From the NCBI RefSeq assembly GCF_000315625.1, contig NW_005434630.1, positions 124,001-188,000 on the forward strand: 64,000 nucleotides of DNA. The letters are read 5' to 3'. This DNA comes from Guillardia theta CCMP2712. Its lineage: Eukaryota; Protista; Cryptophyta. Under the pieces are notes generated by a model, which did not search any database, was not told the origin of the DNA, and worked only from the letters and a program-made list of their open reading frames with translations. Positions 23,174 to 35,440 of this stretch are shown one piece after another; the first letter of the stretch is position 1, and every line of letters begins with the position of its first letter. Both the position numbers and the translations under genes were made by a program.

Positions 23174-26100
23174 ATGCAGGGAAGGAGCGGAGGAAGGGTG
23201 GGGAGCGGGAGATGGGGAGGGAATGGAGGATGGGTAGGACACCAGTTTGAGCGACAAGAGTATGCACAGACCAGATGGTCGGCGCTGACGAGCATGGGTC
23301 TCTGTGGAGTCTGCAGAAGACCCGTTCTTGCTGGTGTGATGGGTAACCCAGTACAGTGCAAAGGTGAGTTTGCTTCATGTTTGGCCTTGAACAATATTCG
23401 CCATAATCTTAGATGTGAAGATATAGAGATGGTGTCAAGTGATGTGTTGCTGTGATGTTGTTCAGAAACCACGACTTCTTGATGGGTTGATCGGACTTCA
23501 TTGCCAGGTTGTCAGTTTGTGGCATGCCAGGCATGCGCTTCAAACCAGGCAGATTGGGAGTCAAAGTTTTCGTGTTCATCTGCTCAAGCAAGCGTCAAGT
23601 ATCAAGATCTAGAGGTAAACGCCGGGAAGCATGAGCTGTGATGCTCTTGCCGATCTCTACCTGGTGCAGCACAAGTAGCGGCAAACCGTGACTGGTTGGC
23701 AGGTGTACGAAGACAGGATCGATAGAGAGAGAATCCTGCCGCCAAGGGTGAAGGAATTCAGAAAGACATTGATAGGAAGACATGACCAGCTGCTGGACTG
23801 CATAAGGGAGCTGAGAGCCTCTACAGAGCGATACAGGTCGGATGTCGAAAAGACGATCAAACAGTACATGGATGAGACAGACCCGTTGCACCTCAACGGC
23901 TCCTCCAATCGAGAGATGCCGCAGAGGCTGCAGGACATGATGGCTGAGAAGTTGAGCTCGTGCTCAAAGATGCTCGTGGAGCAAGCAAGGGCTGTGTTGA
24001 ACCTGGCGCACCAAATGAGCCCTGAGACAGAACACCTGGCGGAAGAGCCTGTTCTTGTGGACGCACAAATCTGTACGATATGTAGATGTCAGAACAAGTC
24101 TTTTGTTGTCCCAGGAGTGCCGATAGTTGGGGGAGGAGGAATGGCAGAGCAAGACGTGGACGTTACCCGGCTGTTACACAAGATCTACAAGTACCGCGAT
24201 GACCTCGAGATCCAGGAGGGGCTCTGTGCTCGGCTTTCAACTGTCGACCAATCGCAGACTCTCCCGCAAGTCGAGACTCTGCTGCCTGCCTTGACCAACA
24301 TCCTGATCTACAGCGACATCGAGATGGTGTTTCTGATGCGAGAAATGATCCGGCTGTGCATGGCCTCCTCGCACTTTGCCTGCAAGTTCTTGTGGTGTAT
24401 CCGGACGGCCTGGCCCAAGGACCCGAACTTCTTACCTGCACTGCAGTCGGACTTGTGCAAATGTAAATTTCAGAACGAGATTGAGCGGAGGATAGCGAAA
24501 CTCCTGTGATAAACCCTGTGATGTCGCGCATGCACTGACTGGTTTGCTGCTCGCAGGTGGTTGACGACTCTTGCTCTGACCAACACATTCCAAGACAAAC
24601 AAGAGAGATGGAAAACAGAGCATGAGATCTTGTTGATGGCTGTGGAGAATGGGAAGTTGTATTCATTGTACACGGCGGTTGCAAGGGTGTTCAGAGTTGT
24701 TGAAGACGATATCTCGACTCGTTGTGCCTTGATACCAAACGTAACGAGGGTAAGCCCATCATATTTGAGTCTAGTCTTCGAGCATCGCTGCGAACTGTCA
24801 TTGGCTTCCGAGCCTTATCGAGAAAACTTTGTCTTGACCACGGGAAGATATGAAGTGGAGGTGTGCTTCCTGACCCTTCCGAGACAATAGTGAACAATCT
24901 ACTGTCAGGTTGTCAATCTGGACAGCACTGCCAACACGACGCACATCGGCAGAGCAAAGTTCACCCTCGACGTATCTGGGGAGGAGCCTGAAACTTTCCA
25001 GAGAGAGTTTTCGAGGTGCGCGGGCATATTTGAAGTCAGTGGATCACCTGACCATTGCTGGCAGCGGCGAAGCTCTGCTTTTCAACTTCGAAGTTTGCGA
25101 ATCCTCTACGGCAGCAAAGTTGAGTTTGAGTGTCCAGTGGAAAGATGATTATCAGGTGAATATTTCGAAGCCTGTTGGCAGCGCTTGACCTTCAGAGATC
25201 AGCTGGCGTTTCCGATACGGGTGATGCTAAGGGTGGAGCAGCCCGACTTCCCCGGCACGTCAGAGAGGGTGGACGAGCTGAGAAATTCTTTGTCGTCATC
25301 AAACGGTGATGGCGAAGGTGGTATCTAGCTGCTGACTTGGCGTCTCATGCAGCAGATGCAGGCAAACCAGCTGGGAAACTCTCAGCAGAGGAGGAGCTGA
25401 TCCGTCGAGCGATGCAGGAGAGTCTGGAGACTCACAAGCATGAGGTGACCCGCCGTCACCGCGTGCTGGCTCGCTACCAGACATTGACCTGGACACACAA
25501 GGTGGGGATGAGGGTGGGGACGATAGAAGAGAGAGGAGGGAAGGGGAAGGGAAGTGGGAAAAAGAAGGTGCAGTTAGGGGAGGAACAGTGGAAGGAAAGC
25601 ATGGGAGCAGGCGGGTCAGGTGATCGATCACGGCAGAGCTGACGAGGATTAGCAGATCTTTGACGAGCTCATTGAGGTTTCTCGGTATCTCCTCCAGTGT
25701 AGGAGAGAGAATTCGGCACAGTCAAGCGCTTGGAACCGATCGGGGGACTGGGACACAGTGACGTTGCTGAACAAGGAGCTGAGAAAGAGGTTGGGAAACA
25801 TCAACTCTTGCATCTATCCAGGTTTCTTCCTCCCCTTCGGGACCTCAACGGCACTCAACGATGAGATCCTCGCCTTTGTCCCCGAGGAGAGTGTCGTCCT
25901 TCAGACTCCGCACAAGGTCCACTTCCTTGCTGTGGTGGAGGTCAGACGACGGCGATCGGACTGGCAGGAGCAGAGCGACGCTGGGGCCCACCCGGAGGAG
26001 CTGAGGGCGCATGCTCCCTACATTCGAAGCCTCCCCTACGAGGCTCTGGTGCCCTCGTTGACGTCTTCTGCGGACTTGAGGAAGAGAGAGAAGTCCAGCG

Positions 26101-27206
26101 GCAGCACGTTGGCAGAAAGCTTCGTGGTGGTGAAGGAAGACTTTGACTACGAGGATGGCAGGGAGTGCCAGCCCAGCAGCGAGCCTGCTCGAAGTGCCGA
26201 TGCTCTCGGGGAGGAGTGGGTAAGGAAGCGGGAGAGGATAAGGGAGAGTTCGCCCCTTGCCCGGAGGTACCAGGACGAGTGGGACTGTCGCAGCATCATC
26301 GTCAAATCCTATGATGATCTCCGTCAGGACCAGCTCGCTAGCGAGCTTCTCTTCCTCTTCGACCGCTGCTACAAGCTTGAGGGTCTCAACCTACCCCTCC
26401 GCCCGTACGCAGTCGTGGCGACGAGTGAGGATGGTGGGGTGCTGGAGACGCTGACGGACGCAGTCGCCATTGACACTCTCAAGAAGAGGATGGGAAAGGT
26501 GACGCTGGCCGAGTGCTTCGAGAAGCTGTTCGGGGGCAAGGGGAGCATGCGCTACCACAAGGCGCAGGAACTCTTCATTCGATCCATGGCAGGCTATTCA
26601 GTCTTCTGCTACGTCCTGCACGTCAAGGATCGTCACAACGGCAACATCATGCTCTGCCGCGACGGCGCCGTCGCTCATGTCGACTTTGGCATCATGCTGA
26701 ACGTGCGATACGCCAAAGACATGCTGGAGATGAAGATCAAGCTCTCCTCAGAGTTCGTTCAGGTGAGCTGCTAGGTTCCTCCCCCAGCTGGTGCTCACCA
26801 GGAGTCCCGCAGATCATCGGGGACAAGATGGAGAGCTTCGACGACCTCTGCAAGCAGGGGTACCTGGCGATTCGCAGACATGCCAACCAGCTCATGAGGC
26901 TGCTGGAAGTGAACAAGTCTTCGAGCGTTCCAGGTGAGTCTTTCCCTTGCTCCTCCTGCTCCTCCTCTGGCTCTGCTCTTCCCTCGCGCACTGAGCCGCT
27001 TCCTCTCTTCTCCTCATGTTGAGGCAGGCGTAGTGCTTCCTTGCCTCGAGGGCGACGCCGTTGAGGATGTTCGCAAGCGCCTCAAGCTCGAGACCAACGA
27101 TCGGGTGGCAGAGCAGCACATGAGTGCCGAGCTGGGAAAGGCGAAGGAGCACCTCTGCACCGGCATCTTAGATCATATCCACAGCTGGACTCATGCTGGG
27201 GTGTAG
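23174..27206 (+). CDS. Phosphatidylinositol 4-kinase type III-beta-like with N-terminal C1-like zinc finger and UIM
   Basis: Catalytic motifs IIVKSYDDLRQDQLA, LRPYAVVA, FIRSMAGYSVFCYVLHVKDRHNGNIML and HVDFGIML. PIK-helical-like LLPALTNILI..CMASSHFACKFLW. C1-like HQF..CGVC..QCK|GCQFVACQAC..C. UIM EEELIRRAMQESL. Confidence 0.88.
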
Positions 27207-27253
27207 TCAGGTTAAGCCTGTTAGTTGTAAATCTTGTAGCTGGGGTTGTCATG

Positions 27254-29785
27254 TCATGTGAGGCTGTTGAGGGAGGACCTCGCCAGCCTCTTGATGGTCT
27301 CGTTGGAGGTCAGACAAGCTTCCTCTAGAACCGCAGCCGCTCCCATCTTGACGAGATGCATCTTAGTGCTTCTGTCATGCGACAAGGTGGCGATAACAGA
27401 CGCCGCAACCTGACACGAGCTGAGCTGAGAAAGTCCGCAAACTCCCGCTAATCACCTCGACCACAGCTTCAGGGGTGCTGCTCCTCAGAGCGATGAGCTT
27501 GAGGGAGACGCGGGCCAACCCTTCCTCGACTAGCCGGAGGCGAAGCTCCTCAATCTGTCACCGCAATAGTGAGGAGAGGAGAAGCGAAGCGAAGTGAGAA
27601 GGGAGCAGGGTAGAGAGGAAGGGAAGGAGGGAAAGAAGAACGGACGGGGAGACGGACGGAGAGAGACGAGGGGGATGTGGAAGCTGGGTAAAGAGATAAA
27701 GGATGGTGAGTCACTGGAATAACAACAAGAAGAAGATCAGGTTGAGATGATGTTGGGCGAAGAAAACTCGAGAAATTTCACCTCACACAGATTTTGGATG
27801 AGCGAGATGAGTATGAAGCGAGTAGCATCGTTGCCACAGTCTTGAATGTGCTTCGTCACCAACTTACATCCTCCCAACTGAACGAATTTGACGAGGTTGT
27901 GTCTGACGCTGCCAAAGTTAAGCAGAGTACCAGCACAGCCGGTGATCGTCTCTGCAAGCTGTAGGGCAAGGGGAAGTGAGGAGGTAATACAAAGGTGCAG
28001 TCAAACGGACATGAGCTCTTTCGAGGACTCGCACAATCATGGGAAGGCCATCGCGTTCCAGCATCTTCGTTCGAGCGTCCGGCAGCATCGACAAGGAACA
28101 GAGGACCGAGCATGCTCCGCCCACTATCGGCTCTCGCGCCTCCTGTGAGGCCAGCGTCATGAAGAGCTTCATACACCTGGGAGACCATATCACTCCCCAT
28201 ATGGAGCCATGAAAGATGGCAGAAGTCAGGAGGTTGGTTCTTGGGGGATGATGAAGAGGAGGAGCAGGAGCAGGCGGAAAGGGGGAGGGGAGGGGAGGGG
28301 AGAGGGGATCAACCTTGCAGCGAGAGCCCTCTGACGATTCAAGCTTGAGTTTTGCATGCAGTTCGCAAGAGCATGCAAGGTTTCCACAAGCAGAACTTCG
28401 GAGCGCCAGGGAGCCTCCAGCATCTTTTCTACCAGCCCTGTCAAGGTCTCTATCACCCCACTTGACCCGAGCTGGTTCTGCATCTCCTCATTCCCAATGC
28501 TCAAGTTCCTCACTGCTGAGATCGCTTCCACCAGCAGCCTCCTCGCGTGCTCGGGGAACCGCTCAGTCTCAGCTGGGCAGAGCTGCTTTACAAACTTGCC
28601 TACTACCACCCCCAAGTTCGACTTTCTCAGCTCCTCCCGATGCTTCCCCTGAGTGGCATGCACAGACACGTTCCTGATGAACTCCATGAGTGCCTCTAGC
28701 GCCCTGCTCTCCTCCTCCCCGATCACTGCTGGCCTCCATTCCATGGACATCTTCAAGTACTCCAGCAGCACCGCTGTCTGCATGATTGCGCCGGTTCCAT
28801 ACAACATCCCGTCAACCTTGGGGAGCTGGGCCAGGCCCTTCAGAGCCCCTCCTACAGCGCAGATCATGGAGAGAGACGGAGGAGCGAGCTCTGACACCCC
28901 CGTCCGAGCATTCTTCCTCTTCACGACCTCCAGCTGCTGCACGAGCACAGGGACGCCCTTCCTTTCCAGCACGGCAAGCCTCGCACGCTCGCCTCCCGCC
29001 GTCAGGTTGGCTATGCAGGCAGCTGCTCTCTCTTGCACGAGCTCGTCCGACGAGTTGCTGAGCAGGGAGAGGAGGACGTCAAGAGCGCCGCTGTCTATCA
29101 ACGGGTCCTCGTAGCCAGCAGTCAGGGAGATGTTCTGAAGGGCCCCACAAGCACTGCGGGCAACAGCAGGAGGACACGGCTTCTGCCTCAGGAGGGAGAT
29201 CAGCGATGAGATCCCTCCTGCCATGACGATTTCTTTCCGCGCTTCTTCCTCTCGCGCCAGATTCAGCAACGCTCCTGCTCCTGCCGTCTGCATGGCTGGG
29301 CTGTGCGATGTTGAGCACGCATGAATCAGGGCAGGCACAACTCCAGCAGGCAGGAGGAGCCGCAGAGAAAATTTGGGTTCCTCGAGGAAAAGAGCATTGA
29401 GAGCATCTGCAGCAGCCGAACCGATATCGTCCAAGACTTCCACATTTTTCACAGCCCCAGTTCCGCCCACTCTAGAGCACCAAAGACAGAGTGTTTCGAC
29501 GGCGATCGGACCTAGATTATCTAGATATGCTCTGGAACCCATAGCTGCTCGTGAATCCTCTCCTCCGGCCTCTGAGTCTCTTCTTCTTCTCACTAGGCTC
29601 TTTCTTGCCCTCATCATGGCTGCAGCGAATTCTTTGAAGCTCCTGACCATGGCCAATGCTATCCCTGTCTCTCCGCTTCTCTCGACCTCAACGCCCCTCG
29701 CATCTCCTCCCTCTTCGTCCTCATGCACTGATCGCCTCCTGCTCTCGTCCTCGCTCCTCCCCTTCTTCCCTTCGCCTCCCACCAT
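27254..29785 (-). CDS. Armadillo-repeat protein, multi-exon
   Basis: Repeated ARM units such as AGVVPALIHAC..AGAGALLNLA, AGGISSLISLL..ACGALQNIS, SGALDVLLSLL..AAACIANLT and ISAVRNLS. The last exon ends ..LARSSLNSLT*. Confidence 0.85.
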
Positions 29786-29918
29786 GGCAACGAAAAAATG
29801 ATGGAATGAGGGGGATGAGCTCTGGGATGAGCTTCAGAATCTGTTCAGAATGATGGGAGAGGGGTTTAGCGGGGATGAGGGTACGTCGGTTTGACATCCG
29901 GCCTAGTCGGTCGGCGTC

Positions 29919-31700
29919 ATGGCGGGTCGGCCGCGCGCAAACTCCAAGGCTGCAGCTGGAGTCCTACTGGACATTGACAATCTCCTGAGCCCCAAGTCGA
30001 GCGCATCTGACTGGTCGACCGGGCCCTTGTCGGTTGACATCCTGCTCAACGACAGAAACGGGCTGCTGAAACCCAATGGAAGGAACAAGGTGAGAGGCAG
30101 AGACAACGTCGATAAAGTTTGCATGAAGACAGCTCAGTCCATGCGATATTGTGACTCTTAACAATCAGACCGCTAAGAAACCAAGGAAGGATCAGTTCCT
30201 CGTCAACGATCGCAGGGCCGCCACTGCTCTTGACAAGGTGAAGGTTTGAAAGTCGATGCGTGAGGCTGGTGGTGACAGTTTTACTTGACCTTCTATCACT
30301 TGCCAATAGAGCTATGATGAAGATGTGTCAGCGAACAGTGAGCCTCTTCCTCCCGCATGACATGGACTGACCGATCTTACTAATCAGGACATGACGGAGG
30401 TAACACTCAAATCAGACAGCTCCAGGTCAGTGCTGTGTGCACATGGCACATATCGCACAAAATCTTATTGGCAACAGTAAGTTTGAGAGTGATTGCATCA
30501 GGTCAGGGCTTCTCAGAACTCAAAGAAAGCTTCTACCCGCAAGGATCAAGAAGGGTCTGAGCCCAGATCACGGTCTGCCTTAGGGAATCTGCTCTGGCAC
30601 ATGAACGGGAGTAGTTCAGTAGTCGAGTATCGTTTTCCTGCGAGACCATTCTTGGGAGGACGGACTCAAGATGCAACGAAAGGTGAATCCTTATCATTCA
30701 TCTCACTTTTGATGCTTAGATTGCAACAGACGATGCACAGGAGAAGGAACAAAAACACGAGAACACCGGTGACGACTTGCAAAGGCGATGATGTTCAAAT
30801 AAGTGTTTCTTACAGGCAATCGCAAACGTTTCCCCATCCCCGGGATCCACACTCAGCAAGTCAAACTGAACACAAACAACATGGCTAAGCATAGCCCAGC
30901 GGAATACTTTCTCGCCAAATATCTCTGTCGTCCCAGATCAGCCCCGATCATTCGGATCCCCACAGTGCACTTTCAGTCAGAAAACGTTAAAGTTTATCAT
31001 GGGGAAAGACATCAAACTGGCCCTGCAGGTCTATTTCTCGTCCTCTTGCTCCCTTCCTTCTACTCGACTTCATTCCTTCCGCCCAATTCTCCTGACGGGC
31101 TCACTAGCTTCTAGCAGCTTACCTAATCTTACTTGGTCTCCTGCACTTCCCCTCGTCTCCTGACTCTCTTTGGCAGAGCCTTCCAAGGAGCTTTCTGTCT
31201 CGTCCATGCGCCTTTCATCGGAGCACTCAGACGACATTGAGTGTGATGACACCCCGAGCCCGTCCGAGCGCGCTGACTCCCTTGAGCCACTCGCTTCTGA
31301 TCTCCCGGATTTCATCATCGTCGACCGTGGAGAGGATGATATTGATGAGCTTCCGCCAGCTACCAGGACGGGCTCCGCTCCCAGCTGCCTCAGAAGTTTC
31401 CAGCTGGACTCTGTAGATAAGCAGGCGGAAGCGGCAAGAGTAGAGAGTTCGATGGAGCTGGGAAGAGGGGAGGAGGGTGAGGGTGAGATTCTTGCACCAG
31501 AAGCTGGTAGTGAGAGGAAAAGTCCTCACTGCAAGCAAGGAGAGCACAGAAGGATAAAACCGTTTGCTTGCAAGTACCACAACAGATCCCCAATATCCTT
31601 TCGTAGTCAGAAGGCTCCTTCGCCATCCACACCTCTGGTGCAGGTGAAATCACTGACTGCAGAGATGAGGAGAGGCAGTGGATATCACGTTGAAATGTAA
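29919..31700 (+). CDS. Hypothetical low-complexity multi-exon protein
   Basis: ATG 29919 followed by a chain of short GT-AG-bounded exons (..NGRNK|TAKKPRKDQ..DK|SYDEDV..) and a final long exon 31170-31700. Confidence 0.5.
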
Positions 31701-33030
31701 AGTAGCATGGTTCTCGACCAATACAAGATATTGTAAATTGTGTTCAAATGTCAAGAGAATCAACATGGTCGACGTCTCATGGTCGACGTCAATCTCACTG
31801 CTACTGCAGCGGCAACCCATGACTTGCTCCCAACATTCGATGACCATGGTGGCTCTACGCTCATTTTGGCGCACCGATCGTATACAAGGCCTCATAAGAT
31901 TTTTCTTCTCAACGTCAGGGTCACACAAAGGCAGCAGGAGGGGCGAACCGTTTCCACTCTCGTAGGCGAGTTTCAACGCCGTGAGATTCCCTCTGCAACA
32001 ATAGACTCAACGCGAGGCGGGGAAAGACCAAGGCTTCACTCACTGCTCTCGGATCCCAAGGTTCGCACCGAGATCAGCAAGACAGCGACTGCAAGTCGCC
32101 TCGTCAAGATTGTGCTCCCTCGGACTTGACAACACATACCACATCTCCGGAAGATTCCTTGCGGCAGCAAGGTGCAGAGGAGTTTCTCCAAAGTCGTTTT
32201 GGGCGTTCACATCAGCCTGTTGAAGAAAGCAGTTGACAACAGAGAACACATGTTTAGATTCACCAACCCCGTGTGAACAGACTAATACACATCCGTCTGT
32301 GTTGTTCCTGAACGCCTGTAACATAATGTCATATATGATGGCATCAGGTGAAAACATTACTAGAAAGTGAAGGGCTGTGTTGCCCTCACAATTTCTTCAT
32401 CGCTGTCAGTCTTTCACGAGGAGAGTTAGTGAGATGCATCACCGATCGCCAAAGTTGACATCTGCTCCTCGCTGTAAAGCATCTTCAACTCCCAGCAAGT
32501 TGTCGTCTTCTGCAGCTTGAAAAAGAATTTCATTCAAGTCTTCTTCACTCCCCGCTGCATGGTCAGACTGGCCTGACAGCTGGATGAATTGTCAGCTGAT
32601 GAGTGCCGAGAGCTATCATGGAGATACCATATCACCCTTTGCATAGCTCTCTTCGTCCTTGTCTTGTCGCTGCATTTTTCTTGGCCTCGACTGCGTGGGG
32701 TCTTGTTTCTCGTTGGTGTCCGTCTCATTCGTCTTGTTCAACACAGCAAGAATTTTGTTCATGAGCTGTCAGCATGCAATCAGAGAGCACCAACAGTCTC
32801 TTGTACTTCACCTGCTCCTTAAAATTAAGCTTCATATTTCGCTCCCGCTCTTCATCATAGGTGAATGTTGAGCCTGCCCCCCTGAGACGAAGAGCGATTG
32901 GCGAGCGGACCAAGAATGAGCATCGTGACATTGCGTTGGACTCCCTCTGAGAGTAAAGAAAGGATTCTGACAGGCACGAAGTGCAAACACGGATCACCGC
33001 GCATACGAACTGGAAAGTGTTCGATCTCAT
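31650..33030 (-). CDS. Ankyrin-repeat protein with N-terminal presequence containing LRLRGA motif
   Basis: LFQAAEDDNLLGVEDALQRGADVN, NCEGNTALHF, ADVNAQNDFGETPLHLAAARNLPEM and LADLGANL. Confidence 0.75.
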
Positions 33031-33739
33031 TGCCGTCTTGATGAGTTCCGATCAGTCACTGACCATAGCAAAGCATTCACGCATTGTGGAGTTGTGTCTG
33101 TCCTCTGAAAGAAACATTCCTAGGTGCTCCTGCTCTCTTTCCTTCTGCTATTCGTGCTGCTTACCCCTCCTCTGAATCCGCCCGGCCATGAAATTCAGGT
33201 CAACTTGTGCCCCCCATGCAAGTTTGAGACTTTGAACTTCTTACATTGAGAAACTTTGAGACTTTCACGTCCAACTTTTGAAGTTTGACACCTTTAACCA
33301 GAGAAATCTAGAACGTAGAGGAAACACTGCTTCATGCACCTTCCCGTGACGATCCCTGTAAACGTGACCATGACAAGTAAGCTCAGTCCCAAAACACTAC
33401 TTTTCGTGTCACAAAAATTGATCAGGGGTTCTTTACAACTTGATCTTTACTATGGTCTAAAAAAGATATATATCTGCTATAAAAGATATCTCAAAATAGT
33501 CATTTGGCTCTGAAGGATTGTATTATGGAAACGTTTGGAATACCCGCTGACAGATCATATTACCAAGATCACATGCATCCTGTCAGGAATCCCTGCAGGC
33601 ATCCAGTTGTAAATTTTGGAGAGGTTTCTAGTCAACCTTTCTGTGTTAGTTTCAAATAGAAGGCATTGCTTGAATAATTTGACGATATGGATGAAAATCT
33701 CAAGATTGAGAAGGCTTCAATGTACCAATGCGCAATGAG

Positions 33740-34330
33740 AGTTGTACCCCCCTTTCTGTCTAAGGAGTACCCCTACCAAAATAAAACCATTCTACCGAAG
33801 TCAGCGATATTTCCCCAATCAGTCATCAAGTACCCCTACCCCCTCCACAGATTACCCCACTAATATTGGGGAACTGCATCTTTGCTTACCACCCTACCAT
33901 CATCACGAAACAACCCCTCAAATTACCGTATCCTGAACTTATTTCAAATTTTATTTTTAGTTTTGAAACTATAACAGTCACATCTAGTAATGTAAATTCT
34001 TTTCACTTCTCCCCAAGGCAATATTTGTTCGCAAGTCCGTACCCCACCCCCGACGACCCAACTAGCTTCCAACGACCCACCTACCTGTAGATCCCCGATA
34101 GACTAGAAGGTGTATGTACGTAGGAAGTGACATGTCACAGGGGGTGGAGGTAATCCATGGATGGGTATGCATTGGAGGGAGGGGTACATGGTGAAATCAG
34201 TACCCATACATATCCTGTGAAACATCGTTGCATTGGTGGGTACGATTTTTCACCTACCGGTGCTGTACAACTGACACTGGAAACAGCATGGGTAGGGTGT
34301 ACCGTATTTATGGACAGGGGGTAGTGCGAG
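33740..34330. repeat. GTACCCC-rich dispersed intergenic block (related blocks ~8880-9140 and ~37800-38200)
   Basis: GTACCCCTACCCCC at 33830-33843 equals the reverse complement of 37948-37961. GTACCCCACCCC occurs at 9008-9019 and 34039-34050. Confidence 0.6.
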
Positions 34331-34531
34331 ACTTCGTCGCGCAAGAAGTTCTTGCGAGCTCTCCCCGCTTCCCGCAGCCTCTTGAGCACTCGTTGCTCTC
34401 GTCGCTCTCCTCCCCCGCCTCCTCGTTCCCAATCCCTTCCTCTTCCTACTCTCTTCCTCTCTCTTCTCTTCCTCACATCTTGTCTCTCTTCCTCTTCCAT
34501 CTAAAATTTGGTGGCTCGAAAGTGTGCTATC

Positions 34532-35206
34532 ATGCAGACGATTTCTCCATGCTTGAAGAGAAAGTTGCCGACGCCTGATGAAGTCCGCCCTGGCTTGATC
34601 CCTGCAGGACCCACTTTCGAAAATGATGAATCGTCAGGAAGAGCAAAGAAACTTTGTGCTGGCCCAAGAGTAGCATTCAAGGAGGAGGCGAAAGTTCGTT
34701 GCCACTCAGTGGATGAGGAAGAGGACATTCCTGCATCTAGGAGTGATGGAGACGAATGGCAGGAGTTCGTCATCCGGACCAAGGATCACGATGGCATTTC
34801 GAGGGATGCAGCTGTTGTTTGGAGACTACTGCTCAGTGTCTTTAATCCGTGTCAGGGAACTCTTGTCGACCGTCTCTTGGAGCTTTATTACACTAACCAG
34901 GTTCAGCTTCTCCTCGACGCTCATGCACGAGTCCTCAAGATGATTGAATCGATCCACAGGACAGGAAAGACTGGAATTGTCTGTGCTTCTTGCATTCTGG
35001 ATGGAGCGGCTCTTCCTGTTCTTAACTTGATCGCCAAGATGATATTGCAAACTTGTGCGACGATGTTGGCGACAAACGCTGGGATGATCAATGGCTTGAT
35101 GGTTGCCTTGGATGGTTCGATGATCAATCAGAACAGCTGTGCATTGATGGCGAACTCCATGACCAACATGATTTCTTTGTCTTCTACACAAACCAAGTTC
35201 TTTTAA
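34532..35206 (+). CDS. Hypothetical 224-aa single-exon protein
   Basis: Clean ORF from ATG 34532, with an NLS-like LKRK, an RVAF motif and a helical C-terminal half. Confidence 0.7.
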   Translation: MQTISPCLKRKLPTPDEVRPGLIPAGPTFENDESSGRAKKLCAGPRVAFKEEAKVRCHSVDEEEDIPASRSDGDEWQEFVIRTKDHDGISRDAAVVWRLLLSVFNPCQGTLVDRLLELYYTNQVQLLLDAHARVLKMIESIHRTGKTGIVCASCILDGAALPVLNLIAKMILQTCATMLATNAGMINGLMVALDGSMINQNSCALMANSMTNMISLSSTQTKFF

Positions 35207-35440
35207 CGAGCAGCCAGTTGATAGTTGTTTTGATTAGAAAATGTGATCGCCGCCTGCGAAGCTTGAGGCAACCGGACAATGTGCATTATTCATTCCAGAA
35301 CACTTTTTCCCACTTCTGATTCCTTTTTGATTTCTTTCATTAAAGATTTTACACCATCTCTCTGCTGCGCTGTTGGCTCGTTGGAAAACAGTCACATGAT
35401 CTCGTCCTATCGAACACTGTCGAGTAGACCATGACTACAT

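Noticed and set aside
31650-31700. Coding overlap of the ankyrin gene with the + strand gene
   Set aside because: The ankyrin 3' exon structure is unresolved and the real stop may be earlier.
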